Assembly: GCF_041146345.1 (NCBI RefSeq)
Contig: NW_027191410.1
Coordinates: forward strand, 1,178,001-1,242,000
Origin: Neodothiora populina
Lineage: Eukaryota
DNA: 64,000 bases
Direction: 5' to 3'
Positions 47,057 to 59,568 of this stretch are shown here, in pieces (positions within the stretch are counted from its first letter, which is position 1; the number at the start of each line of letters is the position of its first letter). The notes below the pieces were generated by a model that was given only the letters and a program-made list of their open reading frames with translations, searched no databases and had not been told where the DNA came from. The translations under genes and the position numbers were made by a program.

Positions 47057-48088
47057 ATGCCTGCTCCTCAAACCCCTTACAAGCCATACGCTGATAGGTT
47101 CAGTGCTGATGAACATACTTGCCCTACCGCACTCGAGATTGTCAAGGATGCCGGAGTTTTGAATGGTCTCAAGGGAAAGGTGGTAATCATCACCGGCGCC
47201 ACATCCGGCATAGGCATCGAGACGGCAAGAGCTCTACATGCCACAGGCGCCAAGATCTACCTGGCAGTCCGTAATCTGGAAAAGGGCGCCGCCGTCATCA
47301 AGGACATCCAAAGCAACCCGGGATCTAGCGGAGAAGGCGAGCTCGTGCTGCTCAAATTGGACACGGCGAGTCTCGCCAGTGTTCGATCGGCCGCCAAAGA
47401 GTTCCTCAGTAAAGAGAAGACGCTTAACATCTTGGTCAACAATGCTGGCATCATGGCCTGCCCGTACACACTCACGGACGATGGTCTTGAATCGCAGATA
47501 GCCACCAATCACTTTGGGCACTTCCTCTTCTTTCAGCTCCTGAAGGACACCATGTTGTCCAGCAGCTCAGCCTCCTTCCAGAGTCGTGTGATCGATGTCG
47601 CGAGTTCCGGTCACGCTTTGTGTCAAATCAACTTCGACGACATACACTTCAAGAAAGGTGACTATAACACCTGGAATGCCTATGGTCAGTCCAAGCTCGC
47701 CAACATCTACATGGCAAGCTCGATCGAGCGACATTACGGCGCGAAGGGTCTGCATGCGTTCTCCCTCCACCCAGGTGTCATCTTAACGACCGGTATTGCA
47801 AGCAACATGGATCCGGCACAGGCGCACCTGATATCACTCAGTGAGGAGAGCTTCGGGAATCTCTTGATAACAGCCGAGCAGGGTGCAGCGACAACGGTTT
47901 GGGCAGCTGTGAGCCCAGATCTGGAAGGTAGAGGAGGCACCTATCTCGCTGATGTTGGCGAGGCATCGCCAAGGGAGCCAGGCGAAAACCAGGGCGGACC
48001 AGGCTATGCGCCGTATGCCTACGACGAGGAGCTGGAGGAGAAGTTATGGAAGCTTAGCTATGAGACCGTAGGCGTGCCCGAGGAGTAG
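47057..48088 (+). CDS. Short-chain dehydrogenase/reductase (retinol dehydrogenase/WWOX-like)
   Basis: TGATSGIG, NNAG, TNHFGHF, YGQSK, LHPG, QGAATTVWAA. Confidence 0.92.
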   Translation: MPAPQTPYKPYADRFSADEHTCPTALEIVKDAGVLNGLKGKVVIITGATSGIGIETARALHATGAKIYLAVRNLEKGAAVIKDIQSNPGSSGEGELVLLKLDTASLASVRSAAKEFLSKEKTLNILVNNAGIMACPYTLTDDGLESQIATNHFGHFLFFQLLKDTMLSSSSASFQSRVIDVASSGHALCQINFDDIHFKKGDYNTWNAYGQSKLANIYMASSIERHYGAKGLHAFSLHPGVILTTGIASNMDPAQAHLISLSEESFGNLLITAEQGAATTVWAAVSPDLEGRGGTYLADVGEASPREPGENQGGPGYAPYAYDEELEEKLWKLSYETVGVPEE

Positions 48089-48963
48089 TTACGAGCTCCA
48101 TGTCAGTTTGTTGGATTCGCTATCACAGTAAAACCATCTTGCCCACGTGATCTTGTGTCATGCAAAATTTCTTCTGAGAGCCGAGGTTGATATTGTCGTA
48201 ATGCCATCTGATCAGTCAAACTCGGGACAATTTGATTTAAGTACTGTCCTATGTATGATTTTTCAACGCTCATCAGCGTATGCAGGGACAGCTAGAACCA
48301 TCTCAAGACTGCGAGTGTAAGACCCGACTCTCCGTAGACAACACATTGTAGAACTAAATGCATCCAGTCAGGGATCAACAAGTTGCGGTGACCCGGACTT
48401 AACGACTCTTCCCCTTCCGTGAATCTTACCTTACGGTTGATACACTTTTCGGCGGGGTGACAGACCCTTGAAACCGGCCAAGCCGGGCACACAAAGACGT
48501 GGGGCTTCGGGGGGCTCCACAGTCTCTACCTTAGCTTCGAACTTGCCCCCGCCAGAATGGATAGAATTCACCCGCTGTCTTCTGCCGCATCTCCCAAGCC
48601 GCTCACCAGATTTCCGAGTAGATTGTTCCACAGTCGACCGGATAAATGTAGACGATTTTTTTTATTTTGGTAAGATGGAATCGTATTTCTCGGCAATTGA
48701 CATGAGCCAGGTCGTCCCATTCGCGCTTGAATTCGGGTGCCTGCATGGGTCACAAGATACATTTACCCTGGTGTTTCTCCACAAGTTTCTTTAGTCGGTC
48801 CGTGGAGTTGAGCCTTTGGTTATCGTGAGCTGTTTTTTCCCCATTAGCATTCATAGGGTCGTCTCTTCTGTATCTTTTCTTGTCGTTGTTGGAAAAACAA
48901 TTGTTGACTTCTCTACTCTCACTCGCTTCTGCTTTCTCTAGCACAGATCTCACACATTCAACC

Positions 48964-50151
48964 ATGTCTTCGACCACGACGATAACAAAGCCTTCCAAGG
49001 CGAACATTGGTGTTTACACGAACCCCGCACACGATCTCTGGCTTGCAGACGCTTCGCCTTCGTTGGCACAGGTGGAAAGCGGTGAGACTTTGGAGCACGG
49101 CGAAGTGACCGTGGCGATCAAGAGCACTGGAATCTGCGGGTATGTGTTTTTTTTTGTAGTCTGTAGCAAGGAAGCAACTAATCTCTGGCCGATTTACAGC
49201 TCTGATGTACACTTTTGGCACGCGGGCTGCATCGGCCCCACGATGGTGGTGAGGGGAGACCACATCCTCGGCCACGAATCCGCAGGTGTCGTTGTGGCAA
49301 AACACCCGTCCGTGACACATCTCGAGATTGGTGATCGCGTTGCCGTCGAGCCCACGATTCCTTGCGGCAAGTGTGAGCCTTGTCTTACTGGTAGATACAA
49401 CGGTTGCACAAACGTCGAGTTCCGCTCGACACCGCCCGTGCCTGGTCTTCTCCGCCGCTACCTGAACCACCCGGCCATCTGGTGCTTCAAGATCGGAGAC
49501 ATGAGCTACGAGGAGGGCGCCATGCTCGAGCCTCTCAGTGTTGCCCTCGCAGGTGTGCAACGAGCAGACATCAAGCTCGGCGACGCCGTAGTCATCTGCG
49601 GTGCCGGACCAATCGGTCTCGTGACTCTGGCTTGCGTAAAGGCAGCAGGTGCATCTCCCATTGTCATCACCGACATCGACGAGGGCAGACTGAAGTTCGC
49701 CAAGGAGTTCTGCCCGACAGTCCGCACCCACAAGGTCGAGTTCAGCCACACGCCGGAGCAGTTCGCCGAGAAGGTGCTCGAGCTGTGCGAGGGCGAAGCG
49801 CCCCGAGTCGCGCTCGAGTGCACGGGCGTCGAGTCGTCCATCGCAGGCGCCATCTACAGCGTCAAGTTCGCCGGCAAGGTCTTCATCATCGGCGTCGGCA
49901 AGAACGAGATCAAGGTTCCGTTCATGATGCTCAGCACAAAGGAGGTCGACCTCCAGTTCCAGTACCGATACGCCAACACGTGGCCTCGTGCCATCAGACT
50001 GTTAAGAGGAGGCGTCATCGATCTCAAGAAGTTGATCACTCACAGATACACTCTCGAGGATGCTGTCGAGGCGTTCAAGACGGCCGCAGACCCCAAGACC
50101 GGCGCCATCAAGGTGCAGATCCAGAGCTTCGAGGATGGCGAAGCCCGATGA
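48964..50151 (+). CDS. lad1: L-arabinitol 4-dehydrogenase (Zn-dependent MDR)
   Basis: 60-nt intron 49140-49199; [35 protein letters not shown], structural-Zn Cys cluster, [22 protein letters not shown]. Confidence 0.88.
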   Translation: MSSTTTITKPSKANIGVYTNPAHDLWLADASPSLAQVESGETLEHGEVTVAIKSTGICGYVFFFVVCSKEATNLWPIYSSDVHFWHAGCIGPTMVVRGDHILGHESAGVVVAKHPSVTHLEIGDRVAVEPTIPCGKCEPCLTGRYNGCTNVEFRSTPPVPGLLRRYLNHPAIWCFKIGDMSYEEGAMLEPLSVALAGVQRADIKLGDAVVICGAGPIGLVTLACVKAAGASPIVITDIDEGRLKFAKEFCPTVRTHKVEFSHTPEQFAEKVLELCEGEAPRVALECTGVESSIAGAIYSVKFAGKVFIIGVGKNEIKVPFMMLSTKEVDLQFQYRYANTWPRAIRLLRGGVIDLKKLITHRYTLEDAVEAFKTAADPKTGAIKVQIQSFEDGEAR

Positions 50152-50838
50152 TTGTTTCTAATCAATCAGACAAGTAACCGAGTCAGAGAGAAGGTTTGGA
50201 CGGTGCCCCTGTCAGAAAGTGGGTATCAGTGGCGTTTGGTGTCTGTCTGCCTACCTGCCCTGGACAACAAGATTCTCCACACAGTGTTTAGACATTTTTT
50301 GTTTCTAGCGCAGCGATTTCGTCTAGGTAGTCAAAGAGAGACACGATACAATTAGATGCTACGATCCTTATTCCTTTCAGAATCTTCCATGGCGCCGTCA
50401 CGAGTGGCGGGGTCAGGGTAGTAGTACGTTACAGTACAGTACAAAGTATTGCCTTGTTCGCCCGGATGATCGACATGTTCAAAGCAGACCGTCGTCCTCT
50501 CCCCCGCGCTGGCTGCCTCCAAATGAAGCGAGAACCCCCCCCCCCCCCCCCAAAATTCGGAGTTACAGTAGCTTTTCCCCGCATTATACAAAGGCTGCCC
50601 CCTCATTAACTTGCCCGTACGTGGAAGCTGAAGGTACGGAAAGTCAAGGTAAGGTAGGGTAAGGTAAAGTGGGACAAGGTAAGCAGGGGGAGTGAGGAGT
50701 TTGGAACCATGTAATTGGTACAAGAGTAGATGATCAGCTCACGAGGCTATATTCTTCTCTTTCTCATCACTCTATTGACAAAAGAAGTTTATTGCTGCTC
50801 TCTAGCTAATCCAAAGCTTTCCAAAATAAGAAGAAGCC

Positions 50839-51695
50839 ATGTCCAACAACAAGCCATCATCGACCGCGGAGTTCAAGCTCGGTCGTCTAGAGGGCAAAGT
50901 GGCTCTCGTGACGGGCGGCGCGAACGAAGCAGGATTCGGCGCCGCCATCTCCAGACGATTCGTGTCCGAGGGAGCAAAAGTGCTCATTGGCGACCTGGAC
51001 GAAAAGGGAGCTCTCGCTGTGGCCAAAGGGCTGAGCGACGACGACGGGGGGTCATGCAAGGGCATCAAGATGAATGTTTGTCAAGAGAGCGATTGGAAGG
51101 CGGCTGTTGATACGATCGTCAAGGAGTGGGGAGGGCTTGACATCGTGGTCAATAACGCAGGAACGACTTATCGCAACAAGCCGACGGCGGAAGTGACGGA
51201 TGACGAGTGGGAGAGGGTGTTCAAGGTCAATGTCAAGAGCATCTTCTGGAGCGCCAAAGTCGCTATTCCGCAAGTACAGAAGCGTGGTGGTGGGAGTATC
51301 ATCAACATTGCTAGTATTGGCAGCATCAGGCCTAGACCTGGACTGGTCTGGTACAACAGCTCCAAGGCAGCCGTGTCCAATGTAAGAGAATCTACCAATG
51401 TGCAAACAGCAGGACTGACATGATGCAGGCGACCAAAGGTCTGGCGGCAGAGTATGGGCCAGATCAGATCAGAGTCAACGCAATCTGCCCTCTGCTTTCG
51501 GGGACAGGTCTCTTTGAGTCCTTCGTCGGGGTCAAGGACACGCCAGAGAACCGCAAGAAATACGCCGAAGCCATCCCGCTGCAGAGGTTGACGGAGCCTC
51601 AAGATGTCGCCAACGCTGCCGTGTACTTGGCCTCGGACGAAGGCAAGTTCATCACAGGAGTCAATCTGGAGGTCGACGGCGGCAGAGGAATTTGA
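50839..51695 (+). CDS. Classical SDR (FabG/TsaC-like)
   Basis: Intron 51382-51428; TGG..GFG, NNAG, RPRPGLVWYNSSK, RVNAICP, ITGVNLEVDGG. Confidence 0.92.
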
Positions 51696-51730
51696 GGCAG
51701 CCATGAGGCCGGCGTATCGTCAAGTGTAGA

Positions 51731-52318
51731 TCAACCGGCAAGTGCCTTCTCGACCAGTTCTTGAGACCTCTGTGCCATGTGCATCTCCAAGGCCAACTTA
51801 TGGCCCTCGGGACTCATCTTTCCCCAGGTCTTCTGTAGAATCTTGATGATCTTGTCTTCATCGTGCTCCTTTTCAAAGGCCTCGAACTGATCGTCGAGGA
51901 AGACCAGACAGGCGACGTCCTCGAGGACCTGAGTGTCTGCATTGCCCTGAGCAAGACCCTGTTTCTCAATCATGCCGCGACACTTGATGATGTCCTCGTC
52001 AGAGTACCCGTTCTCTTGCAGGATAGGGGCAACGAGCTGAGCCTGTCGCTTCTTCAGGTATGTCCGCCAACTGTGGTAGCCGATGCGCGTCATGGGGTAC
52101 GAGTCTCGCGGGACCTCCCAGCGGCGAAAGTGTTGGGCGCGGATGGCGAGCTTGACGACGTCCGAGGCATCTGGCGATCTCTTGTCCAGATAGGCCGTCA
52201 TCTTGTTGGCATAGTGCAGTTCGTAGGGCGTCTCGGTGCCGTCGATCGTGACCTTCTTGGGGTCTTGGGCGTGGGCTTCGTCGATGGCCTTGAGAGCTGC
52301 TTTGTAGTTGGGAGCCAT
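51731..52318 (-). CDS. DUF4202 family protein
   Basis: IDEAHAQDP, YELHYA, RAQHFRRWEVPR..YP, GYHSWR, QVLEDVACLVFL, KTWGKMS. Confidence 0.85.
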   Translation of the reverse strand: MAPNYKAALKAIDEAHAQDPKKVTIDGTETPYELHYANKMTAYLDKRSPDASDVVKLAIRAQHFRRWEVPRDSYPMTRIGYHSWRTYLKKRQAQLVAPILQENGYSDEDIIKCRGMIEKQGLAQGNADTQVLEDVACLVFLDDQFEAFEKEHDEDKIIKILQKTWGKMSPEGHKLALEMHMAQRSQELVEKALAG

Positions 52319-53571
52319 TGCTGTCCGCTATAGCATGTGCTTTGACAAGAGATACGATGAGTTGCTTAAGTAGTTGCTCAATGAACTGGTTTTGTGTTGA
52401 GGAAATGGTGGATTAGAGCTGGACTGCTGACCTACAGTACAACTGAGCTAATTACCACTGACGACTCTACCCTATACCGTATCCATCCTATCCTTATCTT
52501 GCCGCAACGGACCCCACCAGATCTCTTGGCGGCCATCATCTGGGCGCCATCTGATTGTGAGGAGACATTGGCTTTCTACCTGCATCTGTCGAGACACGAC
52601 ACATGACGACCGCCAGACACCCGTTGCTCCTACAAGGGGGCAGAATCAGTAATCATGGCCCAGTCGAAGAGCTATGGTGGAGTCATGACGACTCGCCTAC
52701 ATGAATTGTAGGATCAAAGGAACAAGTGACGCTCGATGGGCAAGCAAGTAATTACATGGCTGCGGGGACCGCGGCGCCCGCTCTCTCTTGCGCGTCTCCG
52801 CCTCACCAAAACATCCATGGATGTCACCTGGGCCACACGGGTACCGCTCTTGTCATGGACCTTTATCACAATCGGCACAAAATGCTGCTTGCTAATCAAC
52901 ACGGGCGACTTACAGTACTGCCTGGGTCGTCATACTACAGTAGGTACGTCGCAGGCATTAAATTCTCTATGCACCTCAAGTACTGCTTCTGCCAAGAATC
53001 GTCAACAACTACTCCTTTGGGAATAGCCCGCCAAAGCAACAAGCGAGAGACATCCAGTGCTGGCAAGAGTTCTCTACGAAAGAGTTCTCTACGAGTCAAA
53101 GGCCAGTGGACTCTGTATCCTCTACCAGAAGCAACAAAACATAAAGGTGGACTCGAAAACACAGCTCGGACTACCAAGCATCGTATAGACATCGAAACAG
53201 TCGTGTGAGAGCGCACTTCTATACCACTACCGTCCATGAATCCAAAGAGGCAACTAAAGCCAGCCAACCGCTGCCGCCTCTTACGACCCGCTAAACCCCA
53301 TCCGGATCGTCGGAACGTCCTTTTCATGACCTCAGCATTTATGCTGTCGTCGCTGTTCAAATCATGACAAACTCAAACCACTTTCTGCCTTTCGCTTCCT
53401 GAATGTAAATATCCCTTCTTTTCCTGCTTGTCTGATGTCTGTTCACATTGTACTATGATACCTTTTCTTTCTGCATTTGTTCTTCGCTTTCTCAATTGCC
53501 ACAGCGCTGCTGCCAGTACCTTGATATTTTCTTGCTCTTGTGCAGTATAAGAGAAACAATCTACAAGTCAA

Positions 53572-55206
53572 ATGTCTACCCCGCTGAGGCTTCTGACGCG
53601 GGAGTCTAGTCATACTCCTGAGGGGATGGTGCCGACTCTTAGTCATGATCAACATACTGTCAACATGACGAGGGCAGACGAGGACAACAGATTAAAGGAC
53701 CAATGTGTTCGGCAAGAGTCAAAGTCAGACGTCGAAATAGTAGACTGGACGGGACCCCTTGACCCGGAAAATCCTTTCAATTGGCCCAAGAAGAAGAAAG
53801 TCATCATCACCGCCGTCGCACTATTCGCAACACTTACCTCGCTTCTCAATGGCACCATAATCACTGTTGCTCACGAGGCCATCAACGATAGATTTGGCGT
53901 CAGCGATGCTACGTTTCCAAACTCATACTGGCCAGTCGCCAGCTGGACCTTGGGAGGAGCCTTGTCCATGATGACTATATTACCTTTGATGGAAGACTTT
54001 GGCATCCGCTGGCCATTCCTTGGCACTTATTTCGTCTTTCTGTGCTTCCTCATCCCCCAAGCGCTCGCACAGAACTTTGCCACTCTGATCATCACACGCT
54101 TCTTCGCTGGAGCCTGTGTGTCCATCTTGGCCAACTCGGTAGGTGCCATCATCTGCGACATCTGGGAGGGAGATGTGGGCCGCACCGTGCCCATGTCATT
54201 GTTCGTTACTGTCTACCTTGTCGGATCCACCCTGGGACCCGTGATAGGTGGCGGCATCTTTGCCCACCTCAACTGGCGATGGATCGGCTACATCCAGCTT
54301 ATCTACATGGGCGTTTTCTTTCCCATCTATGTCATCGTCATCCAAGAAACCAGAGGCCCGGTGATCCTGCGCCGCCGCGCAAAGCAAATCCGAGCCAAAA
54401 CAGGCAAGCAAGCATTCACGCGCGAAGAACTGGAAGAAAAATCATTCCTGCAAATCTTTGTCACGAGTGTCAAGCGACCCATCTACATGCTATGCACCGA
54501 ATACGTCGTATTCAGCTTCACGTGCTGGTCCGCTTTCTCCGTCGGGACCGTCTACCTCTTCACCCAATCTGTCGAACAAGTCTTTGCCGGTCTCTACGGC
54601 TGGAACGCAGCACAAGCAGGCTACGTGCAAGCGGCCGTCGTCATCGGCGAGATCCTCGGCTGGTCAGGCTCCCTGCTGTCGTCACGCCTCTACTTCGCAT
54701 CCGCAGCGCGCAACAAGGAAAACCCCGGCGAACCCATCCCCGAAGCCCGTCTGTACGTCAGTATCGTAGGCGGCTTCGTGGGCGTCACGGGCGGCATGTT
54801 CGTGTATGCCTGGACGTCCTACCCCGAAGTAACATGGGTCGCGCCCGCGATCGGCATGGCCATGGTCGGCTTCGGAATCAACGTCATCGTCATTGCCATC
54901 GCCGACTACGTGACGGATTGCTACTCGATGTACGCCGCCAGCGCGGTCGGCGTCATCGGGTTCGGCGAGAACGTGCTCTCGGCTTTCTTGCCGCTCAGTG
55001 CTCAGAGCATGTACACAAACCTCGGATTCCACTGGGCTAGCACCCTGCTGGCTTTCCTGGGTATGTTGCTTGCTTGCGCGCCGTTGGTTTTGTTGGTGTG
55101 GGGGAGCAGCATCAGGGCGAATAGTCCGTTCATCAACCAGGCGAGGTACATCAAGAAGAGCGATGATTCGATGACTTCGATCCGCGGAAAGGAAGGCGAG
55201 GCATGA
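53572..55206 (+). CDS. MFS transporter, DHA1 family
   Basis: VDWTGPLDPENPFNWP, about 12 TMs, ETRGPVIL, PEARL. Start may be a downstream ATG. Confidence 0.92.
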   Translation: MSTPLRLLTRESSHTPEGMVPTLSHDQHTVNMTRADEDNRLKDQCVRQESKSDVEIVDWTGPLDPENPFNWPKKKKVIITAVALFATLTSLLNGTIITVAHEAINDRFGVSDATFPNSYWPVASWTLGGALSMMTILPLMEDFGIRWPFLGTYFVFLCFLIPQALAQNFATLIITRFFAGACVSILANSVGAIICDIWEGDVGRTVPMSLFVTVYLVGSTLGPVIGGGIFAHLNWRWIGYIQLIYMGVFFPIYVIVIQETRGPVILRRRAKQIRAKTGKQAFTREELEEKSFLQIFVTSVKRPIYMLCTEYVVFSFTCWSAFSVGTVYLFTQSVEQVFAGLYGWNAAQAGYVQAAVVIGEILGWSGSLLSSRLYFASAARNKENPGEPIPEARLYVSIVGGFVGVTGGMFVYAWTSYPEVTWVAPAIGMAMVGFGINVIVIAIADYVTDCYSMYAASAVGVIGFGENVLSAFLPLSAQSMYTNLGFHWASTLLAFLGMLLACAPLVLLVWGSSIRANSPFINQARYIKKSDDSMTSIRGKEGEA

Positions 55207-55434
55207 TGACAATGATGATGAATAGATCTCTTCTGTCTTGGCGATTATTTTGTATTTAATGTACATATACGACACATAAAAAGAACAAATTCTGTAGATA
55301 CCCAACAAAAACAATAATACAACTTTACATCTCAAAGAAAAAAAAAAAAAAAAAAAAAAGGTAAACCCCAAATCAACCACTTATTCCTCTCCCTCACTAA
55401 CCTCCAAGACAATCCCATCAACAATCTCAACAAA

Positions 55435-57441
55435 TCAGAGCCTAGCCCCCTGCTCCCTAAACACAACAAGCCTCCGCCCCTTCATCTTCTCATCACCAAA
55501 GACCACAACCCTCCTCCCAATCGGATCCTCAACTCCACTCGCGAGTCTGCGCAACGTGTCCTCGTCACCGTGATTCGCCAGGAACCGATGTCCGCTCTTC
55601 ACTGATCTGCAGACGATATGTCCTAGCACGGCAGTGTTGGCTCGAGAATAGTCGATTGTGTACGTCTTTTCTCTCTCGCTCGTTAGTCAAGGTCACGGGT
55701 AGAAGGGAGAGATGAGAACTCTATTCTGCCAAATGGGGAAACAGAGATGGAATGGATATGTACCTCTATAACAGCCTCGCCTTCCACCTCTTCTTCGCCA
55801 TCAATGACCGGCGGTACATCCTTCGAAACCAAAACGGCCTGGAGTGGATTCTTCTCTGGATATCTCCTCGTCTCATGTGGCGCAGTGGTTGAGAAACACA
55901 CCGCGTGCTGATAGGTCAGACATCCCCCGTTTGCGAGCACAAGAGCTGTGGTGCCTTTTCCGGAGCGCAGAGCGCGCGTTGTAGTCGTTATTGCCTTTTA
56001 CATGTCAGTTGAGGGAATCGTCTAATTTTGTGTGGGAATTCTGTGGTAAGTAAAAACGGGGGAGTCCTCACATGTAGTGCGTAGTTATTCCCTGCGCCTC
56101 CGAAAGACGTCAGCCCGCCTAGTAGTGTTATTGGCTTTTTGCCGCCTGTTATCGGCAGGTCGAGGTGTGCGCAGGCTAGCTTTGGGACGATTGGGAAGCA
56201 GCTGGGGGGTTTCGTCGGGTAAGTCGGCGTTCGCTGAGTAAGAGGGTGGGTTTGATATGGAAAAGCAAGACTCACGAGTAGAAATCAAACAGGTCGATTT
56301 CTTCTTTCTTCAAGCCGCTGGCTACTAGTGCTGCGTCGATAGATGCTGAGAGTGCGGGACAAGAGTGGTAGTTCGGCCTTTCCCAGACTATTGTAATCAT
56401 GTCTATGTCAGTATTCTTCCGGCACAATTACTCGGACGTGAGTCTCACAATTCTCACTATCTTCTGTCCCTGCCCCTCCTAAAGGAAATACCCACTTACG
56501 CCTAGGAACACCAAGCTCCTCAGCGTACTGTGTCGAAGTCAACAAACAAGCAGCAGCCAAATCTACAGTATTGAATGCATTCATAAGCAATGGATACGGA
56601 GAACAGATCATCCTGTTGCGCTTCGAAACCGTCCCGATCTCCTCGGCTGTCTTCGCTGACTTGCCGTAGTTCCAAGAATACATGTTTTGCTCGGCGGCTT
56701 TGGCGAAATCGGCGTATAATCGTGCGGATTCACGGTTGTTGTCGAGGAGAGACTGCTTTCGGTGGGCTCGAAATCCGTGTTCGTAGAGTGGGTAGACTTG
56801 GATCGGAGCCCCTATCGAATGTACTGCGCCGTGACCTGGTCGGGATATTCAGTGTTATCCCCCCCACTTTCGGGATATCGTCGTTCGACTCACCTTCTGG
56901 GAATTCCTGGGTTGTAGGTGAGAATATGGAGTCAACCGACTGCTCCACTTTTGTCCAATCCGGTGGAGGTAGCCTGCCAGCTTTTGCATATGCCGTCACT
57001 GAGATCTATCAGCAAAGTCACGGCAGTTGATACGCCTTTTTTACAAATATACATACACGATGCTAAAGCTTCACCGCCAGCCACGATCGCCACCTTTGCC
57101 TCCCCTCTCGCAACACGACGAGCGGCATCATCGAATATCCTAGCTGGCTGATTCCCGCCATTTCCACTATAAGACTTATGTCTCGGCCTTACACCCAATC
57201 TGGCGGCCAGCAAGGTTGGCAGATCCGGGTATGGCCACGTCCATGTCCTGACGATATCGAGACTGTCGATCTCGCTTCGAAGTTGCTGTCGATGTCGGTC
57301 GCTGATGCCGGTATCGTGCAGGGCAAGTTCTATTGCTTGAAAGATGATATCTAGTGGTTCGATTGTTTCGCTTAGGGTTGTCAGGCGGTTCACGACGTCG
57401 CCTACGCCTATGATCACTGGGGTGTAGTAGGGGGGTTCCAT
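55435..57441 (-). CDS. Thiolase-like protein (TLP1 type with extra C-terminal domain), PTS1 -ARL
   Basis: Seven exons join in frame via GT-AG introns; TPVIIGVG, GGNQP, GGEALAS, YPLYE, PYPLLMNAFNTVD, DFYSCFP, GGLTSFGGAGNNY, ETYTIDY; ends QGARL. Confidence 0.85.
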
Positions 57442-57748
57442 GACGGTCGTTTTCTAAAGGACATTTACTGACACTAGAGCTATCACGTTGTGTCTCGTAT
57501 CAGTCATTTTTCAACCTCTTGTATTGTTCTTACTCTTTTGCATGATCAACAGTTGTGAGTGGTTTACCCCGTTGCCCTCTTGGGGTATCGCAGCTCCCCC
57601 ACCTTGGGGTAAGTCTACCTCGGCACGATTTCTTGTATCCTTTCGCTTGACTCGGGGTTCTCCATACGTCGGTCTGAAATCAAGAAATGCGGATATATAC
57701 ATATCATATAGACACTCGATAAAGATCTGGTCCTCCAATCCAAGCGAA

Positions 57749-58636
57749 ATGCAGACTCAGCCTCCGAAGGTCGAAGGCGTCCGAATTACCAACCCAGCCC
57801 CACACGTTCTTCTCGTGACCATCGATCGCGAGAAGCAAATGAACTCGATACCATTCAAGCTTCACTGGCGAATGGACGCCTTATTCCGGTGGTTCGACGA
57901 ACAACCCGATCTACGTGTCGCCATCATCACTGGCGCGGGCAAGAAGGCGTTTTGTGCAGGTCAGGATCTGATTGAATTGAATTCGCGCGATAGCAAGAAA
58001 GTCAACAGTGAGCCATGGCTGGAATGGCATCCGCCGTCTGGGTTTGCGGGCATCAGTCGCAGGGTTGGAAAAAAGCCGATCGTCGCGGCTGTGAATGGGT
58101 TTGCGCTGGGAGGAGGGTTTGAGATTGTTTTGAACTGGTGATCATCACTTTTGACTTGAACAATGTGTCGATACAAGTACTGACCCAACAACAGTGATTT
58201 GACCATAGCCGCGCCTGGAGCTAGTTTCGGTCTCCCGGAAGTCTTGCGAGGTCTCTATGCTGGCGCGGGTGGTATTCCTCGCCTGGTCCGCAATCTAGGT
58301 CTACCACTTGCCGGTGAGATAGCGATGACAGGGCGAAGGCTATCAGCAACAGAAGCAAAGGATCTTCGGCTTATCAACAGGATAGCCTGTTCGCAAGAAA
58401 TGGTGGTTGATGAGGCTGTCCAACTCGCCGCTCAAATCGCAGCCATCTCCCCTGATTCAATCATCGTCACGCGGGCCGCATTGAGAGAAGTCTGGGAAAG
58501 CGCCAGCGTCGAGAGAGCTTATCAAAATGTCGATGATAGGTTCAGCAGAAAGCTGTTCGAAGGGGAGAACGTTCGGGAGGGACTCGAAGCCTTCGCTGAA
58601 AAGAGGAGCCCTGTCTGGAAGCCCTCGAAGCTCTAG
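57749..58636 (+). CDS. Enoyl-CoA hydratase/isomerase (crotonase), PTS1 -SKL
   Basis: Intron 58138-58194; AFCAGQDL, KPIVAAVNGFALGGGFE, FGLPE, EGLEAFAEKRSPVW; ends SKL. Confidence 0.92.
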
Positions 58637-58734
58637 TTGTGCTGGTCATCGCTCAGATCATGTATTTTGCTCGTTCACCATATTCGATATAATCACTACA
58701 CATGCATAGATGACATATAACCTACGGAATCCAA

Positions 58735-59568
58735 TCAAGCAACATCCCAAAGTTCCTCTGCGTTCGTGCAAAACACCTTCTCTGTCACGCCGAGCTCCTC
58801 GGTCCATCTGAGGCATTGCGCAACGAAAGGCTTGACATCCAAACCGTCGAATCTGGTGTGCGGCCAGTCAGACGCAAACACTGCACGGTCACCAGCGACT
58901 CTCAACAACTCCTTTCCTACCGTTGCAATGCATCTCATGTTTGGGTCCGAGTCGAAGCGATAGGCAGCCGAAAGCTTCACCCACGTATTTCCATCCTGTA
59001 ACAGATTCGTGAGCGATCGAAATCCTTCCAGACCATACGGATCGAGCATGTTCTTCGATGGCAGGGTAGGAGCTCCGAAATGCGCGATACACAGCCGAAC
59101 ACCCTCCAACTTCTTGATAACACGCTCCAGCATCTCAATACTTTCCATACCAACAAAAAGCTCCAAGACCCAATTCATAGGCCTGACAACCTTCGCATAA
59201 GCCAGTAGCATATCCGACAAAGACTCCTCGGTGAAGCGAGCATTAGTAGACTTAAGATTGAGCCTTACACCCCTCACACCCATCTCATGCCATTCTTTCA
59301 TAATCCCCACATCGATAGTCGCAGGATCAATCCCCACAACACCACGCCCATGTCTCGGCCCGACGGCCTTCAGCGCATCGAGCAAACACGAGTTATCATT
59401 CCCGTAGATAGAAGGCTGGACCAGCACGATGTTAGAAACGCCAATCGTTGACTCGAACGCCATGGCCTGCTCGAGACTGTGTAGAGATGGCTTGTATGCC
59501 GCTGTGCTAGCTAGAGCGTAGTCGGGCGATGTCACGTGCATATGCGAGTCCCAGGCCGTCTTTGGCAT
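58735..59568 (-). CDS. Amidohydrolase-2 family (LigI/lactonase-like)
   Basis: WDSHMHV, VLVQPSIYGNDNSCL, GVRGVRLN, AHFG, WVKLSAAYR, FASDWPHT. Confidence 0.88.
   Translation of the reverse strand: MPKTAWDSHMHVTSPDYALASTAAYKPSLHSLEQAMAFESTIGVSNIVLVQPSIYGNDNSCLLDALKAVGPRHGRGVVGIDPATIDVGIMKEWHEMGVRGVRLNLKSTNARFTEESLSDMLLAYAKVVRPMNWVLELFVGMESIEMLERVIKKLEGVRLCIAHFGAPTLPSKNMLDPYGLEGFRSLTNLLQDGNTWVKLSAAYRFDSDPNMRCIATVGKELLRVAGDRAVFASDWPHTRFDGLDVKPFVAQCLRWTEELGVTEKVFCTNAEELWDVA

Noticed and set aside
48958..50177. Long alternative-frame and antisense ORFs over lad1 (and over SWR1, NUP2, MFS)
   Set aside because: Expected shadows of GC3-biased codon usage
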